This document shows positions 54,127 through 55,165 of a stretch of 55,165 nucleotides of DNA, one piece after another (the stretch's first letter is position 1; each line of letters begins with the position of its first letter). Position numbers and translations under genes: made by a program. The DNA is taken from positions 1 through 55,165 of the forward strand of contig NIVC01004207.1 of the NCBI GenBank assembly GCA_002269645.1. The letters run 5' to 3'. Source of the DNA: Macrostomum lignano. Taxonomy: Eukaryota. The notes under the pieces were generated by a model that was not told where the DNA came from, made no database searches, and worked only from the letters and a program-made list of their open reading frames with translations.

Positions 54127-55165
54127 TTCCCTATCTAAAAATTTGCTGCTCATTTTGCGCGCTGTCTGGATCTCGTCGGTTTTCTAAGAAACCATGACAA
54201 GTGAACTGCTCATTGGACTACAATCTCAAACCATTTTTTTCTCTTTTACATATCTTTTTAAGGTATATAAACCATTTCTATTTTTGTTTTTTTACTAATG
54301 CTATTATCTGTAGTAGTGTAGTATGCATATATTTATGCAAAATAACCTTAATTATCGTGTGTAAATTTACTGCGTAATAATTTATATTAATATCTAAAGC
54401 TAAAATCTTATTATAACAAATATTTGTTAGTTAAGCCTGTGAACTGGTTTGATTAATTAGCATTTAATAAGCAATGTCTGTCATAATCTCCAACTCTGAT
54501 TAGTAATCCACATGTACTGTTATTATCTACTCGGTTTTTTATTATTGTTGTTAATCATTGTTGAGAATTTGCTAGAAACTGTGATTTAGCCCCCCCCTCA
54601 AATAGATTCATTCATCTGTACTGTATCTAGTGTACTGCACAGATACTAGAATGACAAGATGGTAAAGCAGCTTTCTACTTTCAGTAGCAGAGAGAATGCA
54701 TAAGCTATTTTATAAAATAAAGCCAGCTGAGATGACTTTGATAAGTTTAGAAGCTCAAGCTTGCAGGCGTAAAGCGCTTGCTAATTGGTTCAGCCATAAT
54801 GTACATTGGCCAGTCCACTATGTACATGGCAGCTTTAGGCTGGAATTCCGAGAAAGGCAATAAAAGTTGGAGTGCGCGGGGGGTAGTGTGAAAATGCGCG
54901 TTGGAGGGTTTTAAGGCTGGGGGGTAAAGCCAATGAAAAAGCCTTGGTTTAAAAATACAATAAAATGCTTCTGTTTAACTTACTACTGAACTGAAAGTAG
55001 CTTTCACGCAAATGTGCTGAGTGGCTCATCTAGTTATTCCAGTATCTGTGTGTACTGTATGTAAACTGTAAATTGCGTACTCACCCCAGCGCCTGGCGTC
55101 TGGCATCGAACCAACAGCTGTCCAGCATTGTTTTTTCCTCTCACCTGCTCCACCTGTTGCTTCCA

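Overview
Eukaryotic (metazoan) DNA, very rich in tandem repeats; the intronic minisatellite load and GC-rich exons suggest a flatworm such as Macrostomum (inference). Three host genes can be built by hand from splice sites and intron phase. (1) The 3' part of a Band 4.1/FERM gene (+, 31-5415), whose FERM exon has several frameshifts. (2) A C/EBP-like bZIP gene (-, about 6852-9419). (3) A 23-exon, about 2,800-aa type III (DN-cadherin-like) classical cadherin (+, 23592-53938) with about 16 EC repeats, NC, EGF/LamG modules, a TM helix and a catenin-binding tail; it needs two single-base corrections. Mobile DNA includes a decayed hAT transposase and three MITEs sharing a 14-bp TIR, each with an 8-bp TSD. 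Two of these MITEs carry a 64-nt fragment of the 28S rRNA R2/I-PpoI target region. Also present are a CCCTA-ended TIR element and a palindromic Penelope-like GIY-YIG insertion with a hammerhead-like core in each arm. 20 of 22 cadherin introns hold a tandem repeat or low-complexity tract, and several of these are arrays of transcription-factor motifs (RFX X-box, AP-1). All coordinates and counts were derived by eye; no searches were run.
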